From the IMG/VR virus record IMGVR_UViG_2029527005_000013: a stretch of DNA of 64,000 bases, one strand, 5' to 3'. Position 1 is the stretch's first letter; every line of letters starts with the position of its first letter. The DNA comes from a virus. The translations under genes and the position numbers were made by a program. The notes under the pieces are model-generated. The model saw only the letters and a program-made list of their open reading frames with translations. It had not been told where the DNA came from and did not search any database. This document shows, in pieces, positions 9,561 to 18,635 of this stretch.

Positions 9561-9757
9561 TGCTTGAACTTCTCACAATCAGCGGGAAGAACATCGTCAA
9601 TATCGATGCCGCTGCACTCGTTCCTGAATATCTTTACGTAATGGTGCCGGAGGTGTACAGCCCAGCAATGGTCCCAGAGTACCTGTACGTGATGGTTCCT
9701 GATACTCTCTCGACGGCAATGGTGCCGGAATATCTTTATACTATGGAGACACCCTAA
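9560..9757 (+). CDS. 65-aa protein with three 17-aa-period VPEYLY repeats
   Basis: GAGGAG RBS; ATG overlaps the upstream TGA; MLELLTISG N-terminus. Confidence 0.75.
   Translation: MLELLTISGKNIVNIDAAALVPEYLYVMVPEVYSPAMVPEYLYVMVPDTLSTAMVPEYLYTMETP
9614..9754 (+). repeat. three 51-nt-period coding repeats A(L/M)VPEYLY(V/T)M
   Basis: Units start at 9614, 9665 and 9716; codons diverge synonymously. Confidence 0.9.
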
Positions 9758-10827
9758 TGTTGATTGGAATTAACGGATTTGCATCCTATGCGGATGCCAC
9801 CATTGGGAGCAGTAATGATATTAATACCGCACTGGCCCATATCAGGAGATTTCAGCCAAATCGGCCAGGAACAGACACCTTTATCGGGTCATATGACTAC
9901 AGTTCGACGAGTCATAAATGTATATTCAACGGGTCGGGGATGCAACTACAGCCATTGGGGACAAACTCCTATGCTGCGTATACTATCCCATCGATGGCAA
10001 CCATCATAAAGGAGGTTGGAGATACCTTAACCCTTGGGACAAGGCTCATAATCCAACCTGCCCATGCGGCAACCAACCCCATTGTTGCGGGGTTTTCAAC
10101 AGGAACTATAAACGCAATACCGGACCTTGCCCTCTTTTTGGGGAACTCAACCACGACCAATGTTTACGTGGAGGTGGAGATCACCATGCTGGCAGAAGGA
10201 TCATACAGATACCGAGCATGGGCAAACGGGGTCATGGGTGTCAATAGTACACGCCCGGATTTGATCTCCAATGTCCGCATAGGGACGGCGCTGAACTGGA
10301 AGGTGGGTGCAAACCCTTCTGGGGATATTCTGTTCCGGGACATGTACTGGGCCTTTAACAAGGAAGGTAAGGAGGAACGGCTCGGGACTTGCACGGTGTC
10401 GCAGGTTCCTCGTGACGTTATCTCCGGGGTTGGTAACCCAGGGGCGGCTACGGCGGGGGATATTACCAGACAACGTGTTACTTGGGATTTGGGGAGTGGC
10501 GCTGTAGCTCCCCCATACACACCTGTTACTTTAGCAAGCCCGGTAGTACAGAAGGCAAGTTTCCCCAATCCAAATCCAAACATGCGGATTAAGGCTTTCA
10601 AAATCCCTACCGTTGGGAAGTCTAGCCTGGCTGGAACTACAGGTACGGTGACAAGCCAGATTATCAACGATGTTGATGAAGTTGTATCTTCCGAGAGTAA
10701 GCAAAATATTCTCGACTCCTACGTGAACGGAGTGGCTGTAGCATTTGTTGATGTATCTGACGTGCCGATCGACAAGCTAAAGAACTACCAGTTCGTGTCC
10801 TCGCGTGAAAAAGCTGATAACGTATAA
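9757..10827 (+). CDS. probable virion structural/adhesin protein (beta-rich)
   Basis: 356 aa; MLIGINGFASY start; Thr/Gly/Val/Asn-rich; GDILFRDMYW motif. Confidence 0.7.
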   Translation: MLIGINGFASYADATIGSSNDINTALAHIRRFQPNRPGTDTFIGSYDYSSTSHKCIFNGSGMQLQPLGTNSYAAYTIPSMATIIKEVGDTLTLGTRLIIQPAHAATNPIVAGFSTGTINAIPDLALFLGNSTTTNVYVEVEITMLAEGSYRYRAWANGVMGVNSTRPDLISNVRIGTALNWKVGANPSGDILFRDMYWAFNKEGKEERLGTCTVSQVPRDVISGVGNPGAATAGDITRQRVTWDLGSGAVAPPYTPVTLASPVVQKASFPNPNPNMRIKAFKIPTVGKSSLAGTTGTVTSQIINDVDEVVSSESKQNILDSYVNGVAVAFVDVSDVPIDKLKNYQFVSSREKADNV

Positions 10828-10830
10828 TTC

Positions 10831-10854
10831 AACCGCCCTTCGGGGCGGTTTTTT
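10831..10854 (+). terminator. rho-independent terminator
   Basis: AACCGCCC-TTCG-GGGCGGTT followed by a T-tract. Confidence 0.9.
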
Positions 10855-10872
10855 ATTATCTGAAGAAAGTGC

Positions 10873-10900
10873 TTGACGGGAGGGTTCAATCTGGTAATAT
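10873..10900 (+). promoter_or_regulatory. sigma70-type promoter
   Basis: TTGACG-N16-TAATAT directly after the terminator. Confidence 0.7.
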
Positions 10901-10927
10901 GCACTCATCGAAACGAAGGAGGTCAAC

Positions 10928-11095
10928 ATGACTGGTACGAAAAGATTACTGAAGGCCACAGAGGAATGGGACGAAAAAGAAGTAACCCTGTTCTCCGACA
11001 CCATTGAAATTTACCACGGGATAGATTCTGTCATCCTCGACAAGGCACAAGCCAAAGAACTTTTGAAAGTGATTGAGGAGTTCATTGATGAATAA
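10928..11095 (+). CDS. small hypothetical protein (55 aa, MTGTKRLLKA...)
   Basis: Translated by hand; AAGGAGG RBS; first gene after the promoter. Confidence 0.75.
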   Translation: MTGTKRLLKATEEWDEKEVTLFSDTIEIYHGIDSVILDKAQAKELLKVIEEFIDE

Positions 11096-11384
11096 AGAAG
11101 ATTTCTTCGACCTCTTGGATCGAGCCAAGGATCTTTTTGCGAAGAAGAATTATGCCCCGGCTGGTGTGCGCCTTGAGTATTACAATGACTATTACGATCT
11201 GCACTACAAGATCTGGGTGGTCGGACCGGGAAGCATCGACCCGAGCCTGGTAATGGCGACCGACATTTACCCCATCAAGGGCAAGATTAAGTCAAAGGAC
11301 CGCGCCGACAAGGCTTTTGCCAAGTACAATCGCTGGTTTGCTGAATGGGAAGAGTTTCAGGAGTGGAAAAATGAAAACTCGTGA
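11088..11384 (+). CDS. hypothetical protein
   Basis: GAGGAG RBS before ATG 11088. Confidence 0.75.
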   Translation: MNKEDFFDLLDRAKDLFAKKNYAPAGVRLEYYNDYYDLHYKIWVVGPGSIDPSLVMATDIYPIKGKIKSKDRADKAFAKYNRWFAEWEEFQEWKNENS

Positions 11385-11544
11385 CAACAAATCGTTTGAC
11401 ACGCTGGAAGAAATAGTGCAATATCTTGGTGACCCGGAACGAGTTGGCAAAGACAACACGTGGGTGGCAAAGAATTATTCATTGGCCCAACTGATACGAG
11501 ACCTGCAAAAGGTAAAGGAGAAAGACAATGCTGTCCAGTCGTGA
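11371..11544 (+). CDS. hypothetical protein
   Basis: AGGAG RBS; overlaps its neighbours. Confidence 0.65.
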   Translation: MKTRDNKSFDTLEEIVQYLGDPERVGKDNTWVAKNYSLAQLIRDLQKVKEKDNAVQS

Positions 11545-11719
11545 GTATATCGACCTCATTGCCAAGAGCACTTACTTCTGCCAGGGTTGCCGTGATGCAA
11601 CCGACGCCGGGGGAGTCCGCTTCAAGAAGCCGTGGATGTGGACAGACGAAAGCTGGGCACTTTACCTGATGGGTGCCCGTGAAACTAAACGAATTTTTGG
11701 CGAACCGGAGGTTCCATGA
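11528..11719 (+). CDS. hypothetical protein
   Basis: AAGGAG RBS; 63 aa. Confidence 0.7.
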   Translation: MLSSREYIDLIAKSTYFCQGCRDATDAGGVRFKKPWMWTDESWALYLMGARETKRIFGEPEVP

Positions 11720-11997
11720 ATCCTGATGATCTGCTGCCGACAGTAACGGCAATTGTACGCTACGACATTTACCCCCACTATTTGGTGTCGAAAGGTAAAC
11801 TCCTGCCGGGCGGCAAGGTTAAAACAAATTGTGGCACGTATGCGGTAGATTCCATTCTCCGAATCCTGCCGGAGAGCGACTACGAACAGTACGAGGCGCA
11901 GCGCCGTAAAGTTTCTGCGGAGTATACTGAAAAAGAACGTCAATTACGTGTTGACATCCTGAAGCAAAACGGTGTAAACTTCTTACCAGTTAAGTAA
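11716..11997 (+). CDS. hypothetical protein
   Basis: GGAGG RBS; ATGA coupling. Confidence 0.75.
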   Translation: MNPDDLLPTVTAIVRYDIYPHYLVSKGKLLPGGKVKTNCGTYAVDSILRILPESDYEQYEAQRRKVSAEYTEKERQLRVDILKQNGVNFLPVK

Positions 11998-12032
11998 GCA
12001 ACCCAATTCATTCACTGAGGAGATTTTAAAAT

Positions 12033-14033
12033 ATGTCAAACTTCCACGATTTCGTAACCGTACTTCAGAAACAACTGACCAAAATGGCTAAAACTGGCCT
12101 GTTCGAAGTCCGCGAGGACAAAGATGTGGTATGGAACCACTATCTGGACTCATTCCCGGCGGGCACCAACAACCTGTTCCGTGAGCGTCGTGAGTACGAC
12201 TGCAACTGCTGTAAGCAATTCATCCGTGACGTTGGTCGTGTGGTGACCTTCATTGACGGTAAGCGTGTCTCCATCTGGGACGTAAAAGTACCGGGCTACT
12301 ATCAGACCGTGGTTGACGCACTGTCCAAACTGATCCATGCAGCACCGATCGCTGACGAGTTCCTGCACTTCCAGGCAAAAGTCGGTACGGCGCAGAGCAA
12401 CGTGATGGAAGACGATAAGGTTGTCACGTACAACCACTTCCATGCTGTTCTGCCAAGCGCTTTCGTTAAGCCGAACGCTGCAATCGCCACTGCACTGAGC
12501 AACTCCCGCAGCAACGTGCAGGTTCTGGAACGCAGCCTGATCGAGTTCACTGTTGACGCAGCCGAAACGATCCTCGAACTGAACGCACAGGGTTCTCTGT
12601 ACCGTGGTAACGAGCAGATCAACAGCGTCAAGCTGTTCCTCGAACTGAAAGTGAAGTACGATGCACTGGACGATGCAGGTAAAGAAGCGTTCGTGTGGAC
12701 CAACGGCCTGAAACTGGCAGAGCGCGGTAAGTTCCGTAACACCGCGATCGGCACCCTGCTGGAAGACCTGTCCGGCGGTATGGACATCGAGCAGGCGGTT
12801 AAGCGTTGGGAAGTGGTTATGGCCCCGGCAAACTACAAGCGACCAACCGCGCTGGTTACCGAAGCGATGATCAAAAAGGCTCAGGAAGCCGTTGTATCTC
12901 TGGGTCTGGTTGACTCTCTGCCGCGCCGCTTTGCTGTGCTGGAAGATCTGACTGTGAACAACGTGCTGTTTGCTGACCGAAGCACTGCCAAGGCAACTGA
13001 CGTGTTCGGTGACCTGCTGAAGTCTGCGAAGAAGCCGACCAAAGGCCCGGCGAAGGTCGAAGAGATCTCTATCGCCAAGTTCATCAGTGATGTGCTGCCG
13101 ACTGCCACTGGCATCGAAGCGCTGGTTGAGAACCGCCACACAAGTAACTTCGTGTCTCTGGTTGCCCCGGTATACCCGGACGCACCAAACATGCTGAAGT
13201 GGAACAACAACTTCTCCTGGTCCTACAACGGCGAAGTTACCGATTCCATCAAAGAGCGTGTGAAAGCGGCTGGCGGTAAGGTTGAGGGCGCTCTGCGTAT
13301 CTCTCTGGCTTGGAACAACCCGGACGATCTGGACCTGCATATGCGTACACCGGGCGGTTCCCACGTGTACTTCAGCAACAAGCGTGGCGGCGGTGCGTAT
13401 CTGGATCTGGACATGAACGGCATGGACAAGCATGATGCTAACAACCCGGTTGAGAACATCATCTTCGAGAACGAGAGCCAGATTCAGGAAGGTATTTACA
13501 AGGTGTGGGTGAACCAGTACAATCAGCGCTCTAAAGACCGTGTTGGCTTCACTGTTCAACTGGAGCACGGTAACACGACGCTGGAGTTCAACCACCCGAA
13601 AGCTCATGCTCGTGGTGATGTGGATGTGGTCACCTTCCGTTACACCCGTAAAGGTGGCGTGGAGATCATCGAATCAATGCCGCACACCAAGCAGTCTAAA
13701 GATGTGTGGGGTGTATCGACTGAGCAGTTCCAGAAGGTGTCTGTGGTCATGAACTCCCCGAACCATTGGGACGGTGAAGCGACTGGCAACAAGCATTACT
13801 TCTTCATGCTGGACGGCGCTGTGCAGCCGGGTTCTACTCGCGGTTTCTACAACGAATACCTGCGTAACGAACTGGTTGAGCATCGCAAAGTGTTCGAACA
13901 TCTGGCGGGCAAGATGAAGGTTCCGGCATCAACGGAGCAACTGAGCGGCCTGGGCTTCTCCGACACGGTTCGTAATGAACTGACTGTCAAGGTGACTGGT
14001 GCATTCACCCGTACACTGAAGATCATTTTTTAA
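12033..14033 (+). CDS. large phage protein of unknown function with a CxxC motif and a YfaP/DUF2135-like domain
   Basis: 666 aa; EYDCNCCKQF; LRISLAWNNPDDLDLH...LDLDMN...PVENI; strongly biased codons (CTG, GGT, AAA); GAGGAG RBS. Confidence 0.8.
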   Translation: MSNFHDFVTVLQKQLTKMAKTGLFEVREDKDVVWNHYLDSFPAGTNNLFRERREYDCNCCKQFIRDVGRVVTFIDGKRVSIWDVKVPGYYQTVVDALSKLIHAAPIADEFLHFQAKVGTAQSNVMEDDKVVTYNHFHAVLPSAFVKPNAAIATALSNSRSNVQVLERSLIEFTVDAAETILELNAQGSLYRGNEQINSVKLFLELKVKYDALDDAGKEAFVWTNGLKLAERGKFRNTAIGTLLEDLSGGMDIEQAVKRWEVVMAPANYKRPTALVTEAMIKKAQEAVVSLGLVDSLPRRFAVLEDLTVNNVLFADRSTAKATDVFGDLLKSAKKPTKGPAKVEEISIAKFISDVLPTATGIEALVENRHTSNFVSLVAPVYPDAPNMLKWNNNFSWSYNGEVTDSIKERVKAAGGKVEGALRISLAWNNPDDLDLHMRTPGGSHVYFSNKRGGGAYLDLDMNGMDKHDANNPVENIIFENESQIQEGIYKVWVNQYNQRSKDRVGFTVQLEHGNTTLEFNHPKAHARGDVDVVTFRYTRKGGVEIIESMPHTKQSKDVWGVSTEQFQKVSVVMNSPNHWDGEATGNKHYFFMLDGAVQPGSTRGFYNEYLRNELVEHRKVFEHLAGKMKVPASTEQLSGLGFSDTVRNELTVKVTGAFTRTLKIIF

Positions 14034-14094
14034 TTGACAACGGGGCCGAGAGGCCCCATAATGAACCCGAACTTAATTACTGAGGAGAAATACT

Positions 14095-14496
14095 ATGTCT
14101 ACTACCAACATCTTTGAAATCGCTGTACGTGCTAAACTGCGTTTTGCTTCCCCGCGCTTCGCGTCTCTGTCCGTAGAAGATCTGTTCGACCTGTCCCTGC
14201 GTGAACTGGACGATGTGGCGAAAGGCATCAACCGCCAAATCAATGCGGAGAAGGAAGAGTCCTTCCTGTCCCAGAACAAAAACGCTGTGCGTAAAGATCT
14301 GGAACTGAAGCTGGAAATCGTTAAACACGTGATCGACGTGATCGAAACCGAAGCGGCGCAGCGTGTGGCGCAGCAACAGAAGGCCGTTCAGCGTCAGAAA
14401 CTGATCGACTCCCTTGCGGAAGCAGAGCAGCGTGAGCAGCAGGCGAAGACCCCAGAACAGCTTCGTGCTGAACTGGCGGCGCTGGACGCAGAGTAA
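14095..14496 (+). CDS. coiled-coil phage protein, partner gene of 12033..14033
   Basis: NIFEIAVRAKLRF...LSVEDLFDL N-terminus and a helical C-terminus; GAGGAG RBS. Confidence 0.85.
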   Translation: MSTTNIFEIAVRAKLRFASPRFASLSVEDLFDLSLRELDDVAKGINRQINAEKEESFLSQNKNAVRKDLELKLEIVKHVIDVIETEAAQRVAQQQKAVQRQKLIDSLAEAEQREQQAKTPEQLRAELAALDAE

Positions 14497-14502
14497 TTTA
14501 AG

Positions 14503-14526
14503 AGGCCACCTTCGGGTGGCCTTTTT
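14503..14526 (+). terminator. rho-independent terminator
   Basis: AGGCCACC-TTCG-GGTGGCCT followed by a T-tract. Confidence 0.9.
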
Positions 14527-14541
14527 ATTTGTCCAAAAGTG

Positions 14542-14570
14542 TTGACTTCCCTCCAACTTTCCCCGATAAT
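14542..14570 (+). promoter_or_regulatory. sigma70-type promoter
   Basis: TTGACT-N17-GATAAT. Confidence 0.75.
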
Positions 14571-14599
14571 ACCTCCATCAACCAACAAGAGGAATAAAC

Positions 14600-14818
14600 A
14601 TGGCACCGAAAATGAGCAAAGAAGAGATTGCTTTCCGTAAACACTGGAACGCGATGAGAAAAGATGCACTGATCAATAAGTTGTGGGAGATGCTGGAGTT
14701 TATCAATCACCTGTCAGAAGAAAATATTGAGTTAAGGGCACAGGCATCCCGCAGCAATGCCCAGTACCTGGCAAACTGCCGCAGTGTTGGCGGTGTAACT
14801 CTACCGCCGGGGGTGTGA
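14600..14818 (+). CDS. hypothetical protein
   Basis: GAGGA RBS; 72 aa. Confidence 0.7.
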   Translation: MAPKMSKEEIAFRKHWNAMRKDALINKLWEMLEFINHLSEENIELRAQASRSNAQYLANCRSVGGVTLPPGV

Positions 14819-14819
14819 C

Positions 14820-15053
14820 ATGGGCTGGTTCAAGAAGTCAAAGCAGTCCGATTGCAATCACGACTGGCACATCACAGAGAACCTGCACGTTACCCGGCAC
14901 CATGATACTCCTGCGTTCGTTCTTCCTTACTCGAATGAATCGCAGGTATCCCGGATCTGCCGACACTGCCTGAAACAGGAGTGCCACACCGTGCCGGGCC
15001 ATATTGATTATGACAAGGCCCTGAAGATTTTCGGAGGAAAAGATGAAATTTAA
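14820..15053 (+). CDS. hypothetical protein (CxH...CxxC)
   Basis: DCNHDW...CRHC; 77 aa. Confidence 0.7.
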   Translation: MGWFKKSKQSDCNHDWHITENLHVTRHHDTPAFVLPYSNESQVSRICRHCLKQECHTVPGHIDYDKALKIFGGKDEI

Positions 15054-15285
15054 GAAGCTGGAATGGCATGAAGTTCGTAACGAAGAACACACAACGATTT
15101 TTGGAGATGGTGTCGGATTTGTAACCGCAATTGTGTTCGAGGACTTCGGTGAGTGGCATTTGCATTACGAAAACCGGGACTCTTCTGAGCACATTACGTC
15201 AGCGGAATCCAAGGAGGCCATCAAGGACCTGGCGCAGGAGTTCCACAATGCCAACGTCGCAAAGGAGTTCTTTGATGAAGAATAA
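15043..15285 (+). CDS. hypothetical protein
   Basis: GGAGG RBS; acidic 80 aa. Confidence 0.75.
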   Translation: MKFKKLEWHEVRNEEHTTIFGDGVGFVTAIVFEDFGEWHLHYENRDSSEHITSAESKEAIKDLAQEFHNANVAKEFFDEE

Positions 15286-15520
15286 CAGCATTTGGTTCAA
15301 ATTGTGGTTTACTTTAATCGGCGGTTTGATTATACTTGGTCTTGTAGGTTACGCGATGCAAGAGTATCAGGACTTCCAAGACGGATGTGTTAAGACTGGG
15401 GAGCAGCGGATGGTAAACTCCGTGGTCAACGCCCCGGACGGAGCATTCAGTGGTTTGGTTGTCGAAGATAAGTTTGTATGCAAGACCGGACGAATTACCT
15501 GGAAAGCCCAATATCAATGA
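15275..15520 (+). CDS. hypothetical membrane-anchored protein
   Basis: AAGGAG RBS; N-terminal TM segment; two Cys. Confidence 0.7.
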   Translation: MKNNSIWFKLWFTLIGGLIILGLVGYAMQEYQDFQDGCVKTGEQRMVNSVVNAPDGAFSGLVVEDKFVCKTGRITWKAQYQ

Positions 15521-15529
15521 GGTGACAAT

Positions 15530-16204
15530 ATGAAATTCAATCGTGGCGAAGTACAGTTTGGAAATGTGATCGAGAAGCCGTCTCAGGACGACATCAAAAA
15601 TACCCAGGGCCTTTGGAACGCATCTTTCGATGACGCCTTCCGCTTCGGCGGGGACGTTACCCGAGCCGCCCTGCAAGCGATGAATATCCGTGGCGATAAA
15701 AAGCACGTGGTTGTCGATGTTAAGACACACATGCTGATGCCTGGTATGATCCCGGCGATCCCCGGCTGGCACACGGATGGTGTTCCTCGTGGAGGTAAAA
15801 CCCTGTCCCCGGCATCTGGTGCCCCGCACATCCACATGCAGATAGGGTCGGATTCCCCGCGCTACCACTTGCTGGTTGTCGGCGGCGACTGCCCAACGAA
15901 GTTCATTGCTTCACGAAACATCAACCTCCAGACGGAGAACCTCCCTAATCTGTACGCAGGGATCTCCAGTCAGGTTTGCGAGATGGACAATAATGGCTTC
16001 CTCGACACCTACGACGCGCCGGACGGTCAGGTGGTGGAATGGGACTGGTGGGAACTGCACACCGCACAGCAGGCTCGTGCGCCCGGCTGGCGCTACCTTA
16101 TCCGTGTGACCGAGACTGATTATCTTGAGCCACAGTCGGATCTGCGTTTGGTGCTGCGTAACCAGCAGCAGGTTTACCTCCCAACGGAGAAATTCGGATG
16201 GTGA
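15530..16204 (+). CDS. 2OG-Fe(II) oxygenase superfamily protein
   Basis: PGWHTDG (HxD), distal ELHTAQ (His) and RYLIRVTE (Arg), typical of a DSBH dioxygenase. Confidence 0.7.
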   Translation: MKFNRGEVQFGNVIEKPSQDDIKNTQGLWNASFDDAFRFGGDVTRAALQAMNIRGDKKHVVVDVKTHMLMPGMIPAIPGWHTDGVPRGGKTLSPASGAPHIHMQIGSDSPRYHLLVVGGDCPTKFIASRNINLQTENLPNLYAGISSQVCEMDNNGFLDTYDAPDGQVVEWDWWELHTAQQARAPGWRYLIRVTETDYLEPQSDLRLVLRNQQQVYLPTEKFGW

Positions 16205-16419
16205 AGAAGGTAGACAAGGCTCCCAAAGAGGAGTACACTTATGAGCGTCACCACTTTTACTTGGACAAACATGCTGGAAAGCAAGTCTGTGCCTGGTGCG
16301 GGTTGGTGGCGCTGAGAAACCCGGCATCGGATTGGGCCGTTGAGAAGGGATGCAACCATAAGTTGCACCCGTCTTACGAGAAAACCATGAAGAAGTTAAC
16401 TAAACAGTTTGATTTTTAA
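16198..16419 (+). CDS. hypothetical protein (Cys/His-rich)
   Basis: HHF...VCAWCGL...GC pattern. Confidence 0.7.
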   Translation: MVKKVDKAPKEEYTYERHHFYLDKHAGKQVCAWCGLVALRNPASDWAVEKGCNHKLHPSYEKTMKKLTKQFDF

Positions 16420-16431
16420 GGAGAAAAGAGT

Positions 16432-16779
16432 ATGATGACTTTCTGGCAATATCTGTGTGACAACCCGGCGACCCTGATTATCATGGTGGTGTTTGGTGGC
16501 GTATTTGGGGTGTTTACCTCCTGCTTCGAGGGGTACAACTGGAAAGAACGCCTCGGACATATCTGCGTGGTGATCCTGATGTGGGTCTTTATCACATACC
16601 CGGCAGTATCCTGGATGGATTACACGGACTACAAGAAGCATTATGTGACGTGTGAAAAGCCTGTTGCCAAACGTGCCGGATACATCTTCGCTGAAAATCG
16701 TTGCTGGAAACCAGTCACCAGTTATGTTAAGGTGAATGAAACCACCAAGTCGAAGCAGGAGCTTTTGAATGAACAATAA
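16432..16779 (+). CDS. hypothetical membrane protein
   Basis: Two TM segments; AAGGAG RBS. Confidence 0.75.
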   Translation: MMTFWQYLCDNPATLIIMVVFGGVFGVFTSCFEGYNWKERLGHICVVILMWVFITYPAVSWMDYTDYKKHYVTCEKPVAKRAGYIFAENRCWKPVTSYVKVNETTKSKQELLNEQ

Positions 16780-17170
16780 TGCGGTGCTCGTCGAAAAGAA
16801 CACTGAAGAGATCAACTCTTTCGTATCCGGGCTGACTGGCCCGGGCTACCAGATGGCAATCATGAACCGATTCCCGCTGGCGCAGTTGACCTTCGCCCCG
16901 GCTGACAAACTCCCGTATGTCGGGGAAGGAAAGGTCTGGGTATGTGATTGTGGCTGCGGTGAAAGAGACCCGGTACTGGTGCCATACGTAACGATGTCAA
17001 TCATCGGCGTAGAGGGCCTCCAGGCGGCGCGGGTAGAAGGGATCTGGGTTTCACCTTGCACACTGCCGGGGCTGGAACCAGAAGACGGTCTGCGTCATTA
17101 CGGCATGGACCTGTGGGATAACGAGACAGATGATCTCGCTGATCCAAAAGTAAGACTGGAGGGTAACTGA
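16769..17170 (+). CDS. hypothetical protein
   Basis: AGGAG RBS; WVCDCGCGE motif. Confidence 0.7.
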   Translation: MNNNAVLVEKNTEEINSFVSGLTGPGYQMAIMNRFPLAQLTFAPADKLPYVGEGKVWVCDCGCGERDPVLVPYVTMSIIGVEGLQAARVEGIWVSPCTLPGLEPEDGLRHYGMDLWDNETDDLADPKVRLEGN

Positions 17171-17406
17171 TGGACCTGAAACTCGACCCAACTATCCGCC
17201 CGGAGTTCTTGACGTACACCGCCAAGTTCAACGGAGGGGAGCTTGGTAATGAAACAGAGATTTGGGTATGCAAGACATCAAATTCCTTTGGGCTGAATCA
17301 GGGCGGGGAAGATGATGGTTGTGACATCATCATCCTCGATAAAGAGGGGCTGCTGCACTTGCAGCGCTTGGTGAATCAAGCTGTGGCTATTCTGGAGAAA
17401 GAATAA
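17170..17406 (+). CDS. hypothetical protein
   Basis: GGAGG RBS; TGATG coupling. Confidence 0.7.
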   Translation: MDLKLDPTIRPEFLTYTAKFNGGELGNETEIWVCKTSNSFGLNQGGEDDGCDIIILDKEGLLHLQRLVNQAVAILEKE

Positions 17407-17702
17407 TGTTGAAAGTATTGGCGAAGTTTGCTAAAGTCATTGCTCTGCTGACGGTGATGATTCTGCTCAACCCACACCGGGCACTTCTGATCCCCATCAA
17501 CTTGCTGGCGCTCGGCGGTAGTTGGCTGGCAGGTAAGCTGGAAGATGGGTGCCAGTGGGTGGATGGCAAGATCAAATACCTGCGTACTGCGATGTGGGTA
17601 TTTGGCAGGCCGATTGGCGACAAATTGGATGCTGAGTTGGAAGAACTGAACCGCTTGGTGAAGGAAGTTGACAACCGTTTGAAGGAGAACGATAATGTTT
17701 GA
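17406..17702 (+). CDS. hypothetical membrane protein
   Basis: Hydrophobic N-half, coiled-coil C-terminus; TAATG coupling. Confidence 0.7.
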   Translation: MLKVLAKFAKVIALLTVMILLNPHRALLIPINLLALGGSWLAGKLEDGCQWVDGKIKYLRTAMWVFGRPIGDKLDAELEELNRLVKEVDNRLKENDNV

Positions 17703-17910
17703 GATCTTTTGTGAGTGGGATATTGGTCAGGAGGGTGTACTGTTCACCTCCGAGGTTGCAGCAAACAACTGGATGCTGAACAACGACAACCTGGCGGATT
17801 GTTTTGAAGATGGTCTGACCGGACAGGCGGGTATTGACGACCTGATCGGCGCTGGCCTGCTGGGCACTAACCTGCTCACCGTACTGAACGAAAAAGGAGA
17901 GAAAGTATGA
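17695..17910 (+). CDS. hypothetical protein
   Basis: AAGGAG RBS; 71 aa. Confidence 0.7.
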   Translation: MFEIFCEWDIGQEGVLFTSEVAANNWMLNNDNLADCFEDGLTGQAGIDDLIGAGLLGTNLLTVLNEKGEKV

Positions 17911-18572
17911 TCAAGAAGTTTTTCGCTTGGGTTAAGTCCCTGTTCGTCCCGGTAACGATCAAAGAGACGGACGTTGACGAGTATATCGCTGCACGTGCAG
18001 CAGAGGCGGATCTGGACAAGGCTCACGAAGCCCGTGCCGCCCAAGTTGCCAAGGCTACCACGGACACTTTGGACACGATCAAAACTGTGAACGTTAAGGT
18101 CACAGTCTCCGATCCAAAGCGTGTAGCGGAAGTTGCAGCAGCGGTAAAGGCCGCGACTGAAAAACCAAAGGCCCCGGTGACACCGCCGAAGCCGCTGGAT
18201 GAGCAACTGAAAGGTGTTGAACTGCCGTCCTATGCCCAAGGTAAGAAATTACCGCCGAAGGCGAAGCGCCAGTTCATTGACCAAGCCCGCCGGGCAGCGC
18301 CACGTAAAGTGAGCGATAACCCGACGAGTTATGGAAATAGCCAGATTAACGCGACCCCGGGTATTGACCCTGTGAACGCCGCGATGTATGGTTATGCAGC
18401 CGCAACGATCCTGAGCGACGACACACCGTCAGCCCCGGCTCCGGTTGAAGAGTGCCGTAGTAGTGCAGCGACCTCGACGTACAGTTCGAACTACTCTTCT
18501 TATGAAAGTAGCCCGAGCTATGACAGTTCGCCGTCCTACGACAGCGGTTACAGTTCGCCAAGCTGTGACTAA
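17907..18572 (+). CDS. hypothetical protein with Ala/Pro-rich middle and Ser/Tyr-rich C-terminal tail
   Basis: AAGGAG RBS; ends SSPSYDSSPSYDSGYSSPSCD. Confidence 0.75.
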   Translation: MIKKFFAWVKSLFVPVTIKETDVDEYIAARAAEADLDKAHEARAAQVAKATTDTLDTIKTVNVKVTVSDPKRVAEVAAAVKAATEKPKAPVTPPKPLDEQLKGVELPSYAQGKKLPPKAKRQFIDQARRAAPRKVSDNPTSYGNSQINATPGIDPVNAAMYGYAAATILSDDTPSAPAPVEECRSSAATSTYSSNYSSYESSPSYDSSPSYDSGYSSPSCD

Positions 18573-18635
18573 CTGAAAGCGGGGGCTTCGGCCCCCAAAA
18601 TAATGGAACACCGATTTACCTTGAGGAGTGATGAA

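Noticed and set aside
15530-16204. The oxygenase as a collagen prolyl-4-hydroxylase for the fibre proteins
   Set aside because: The collagen triplets place Pro almost only at X (GPK, GPQ, GPA), not at the Y position used by P4H, and the gene lies in an early-type cluster.
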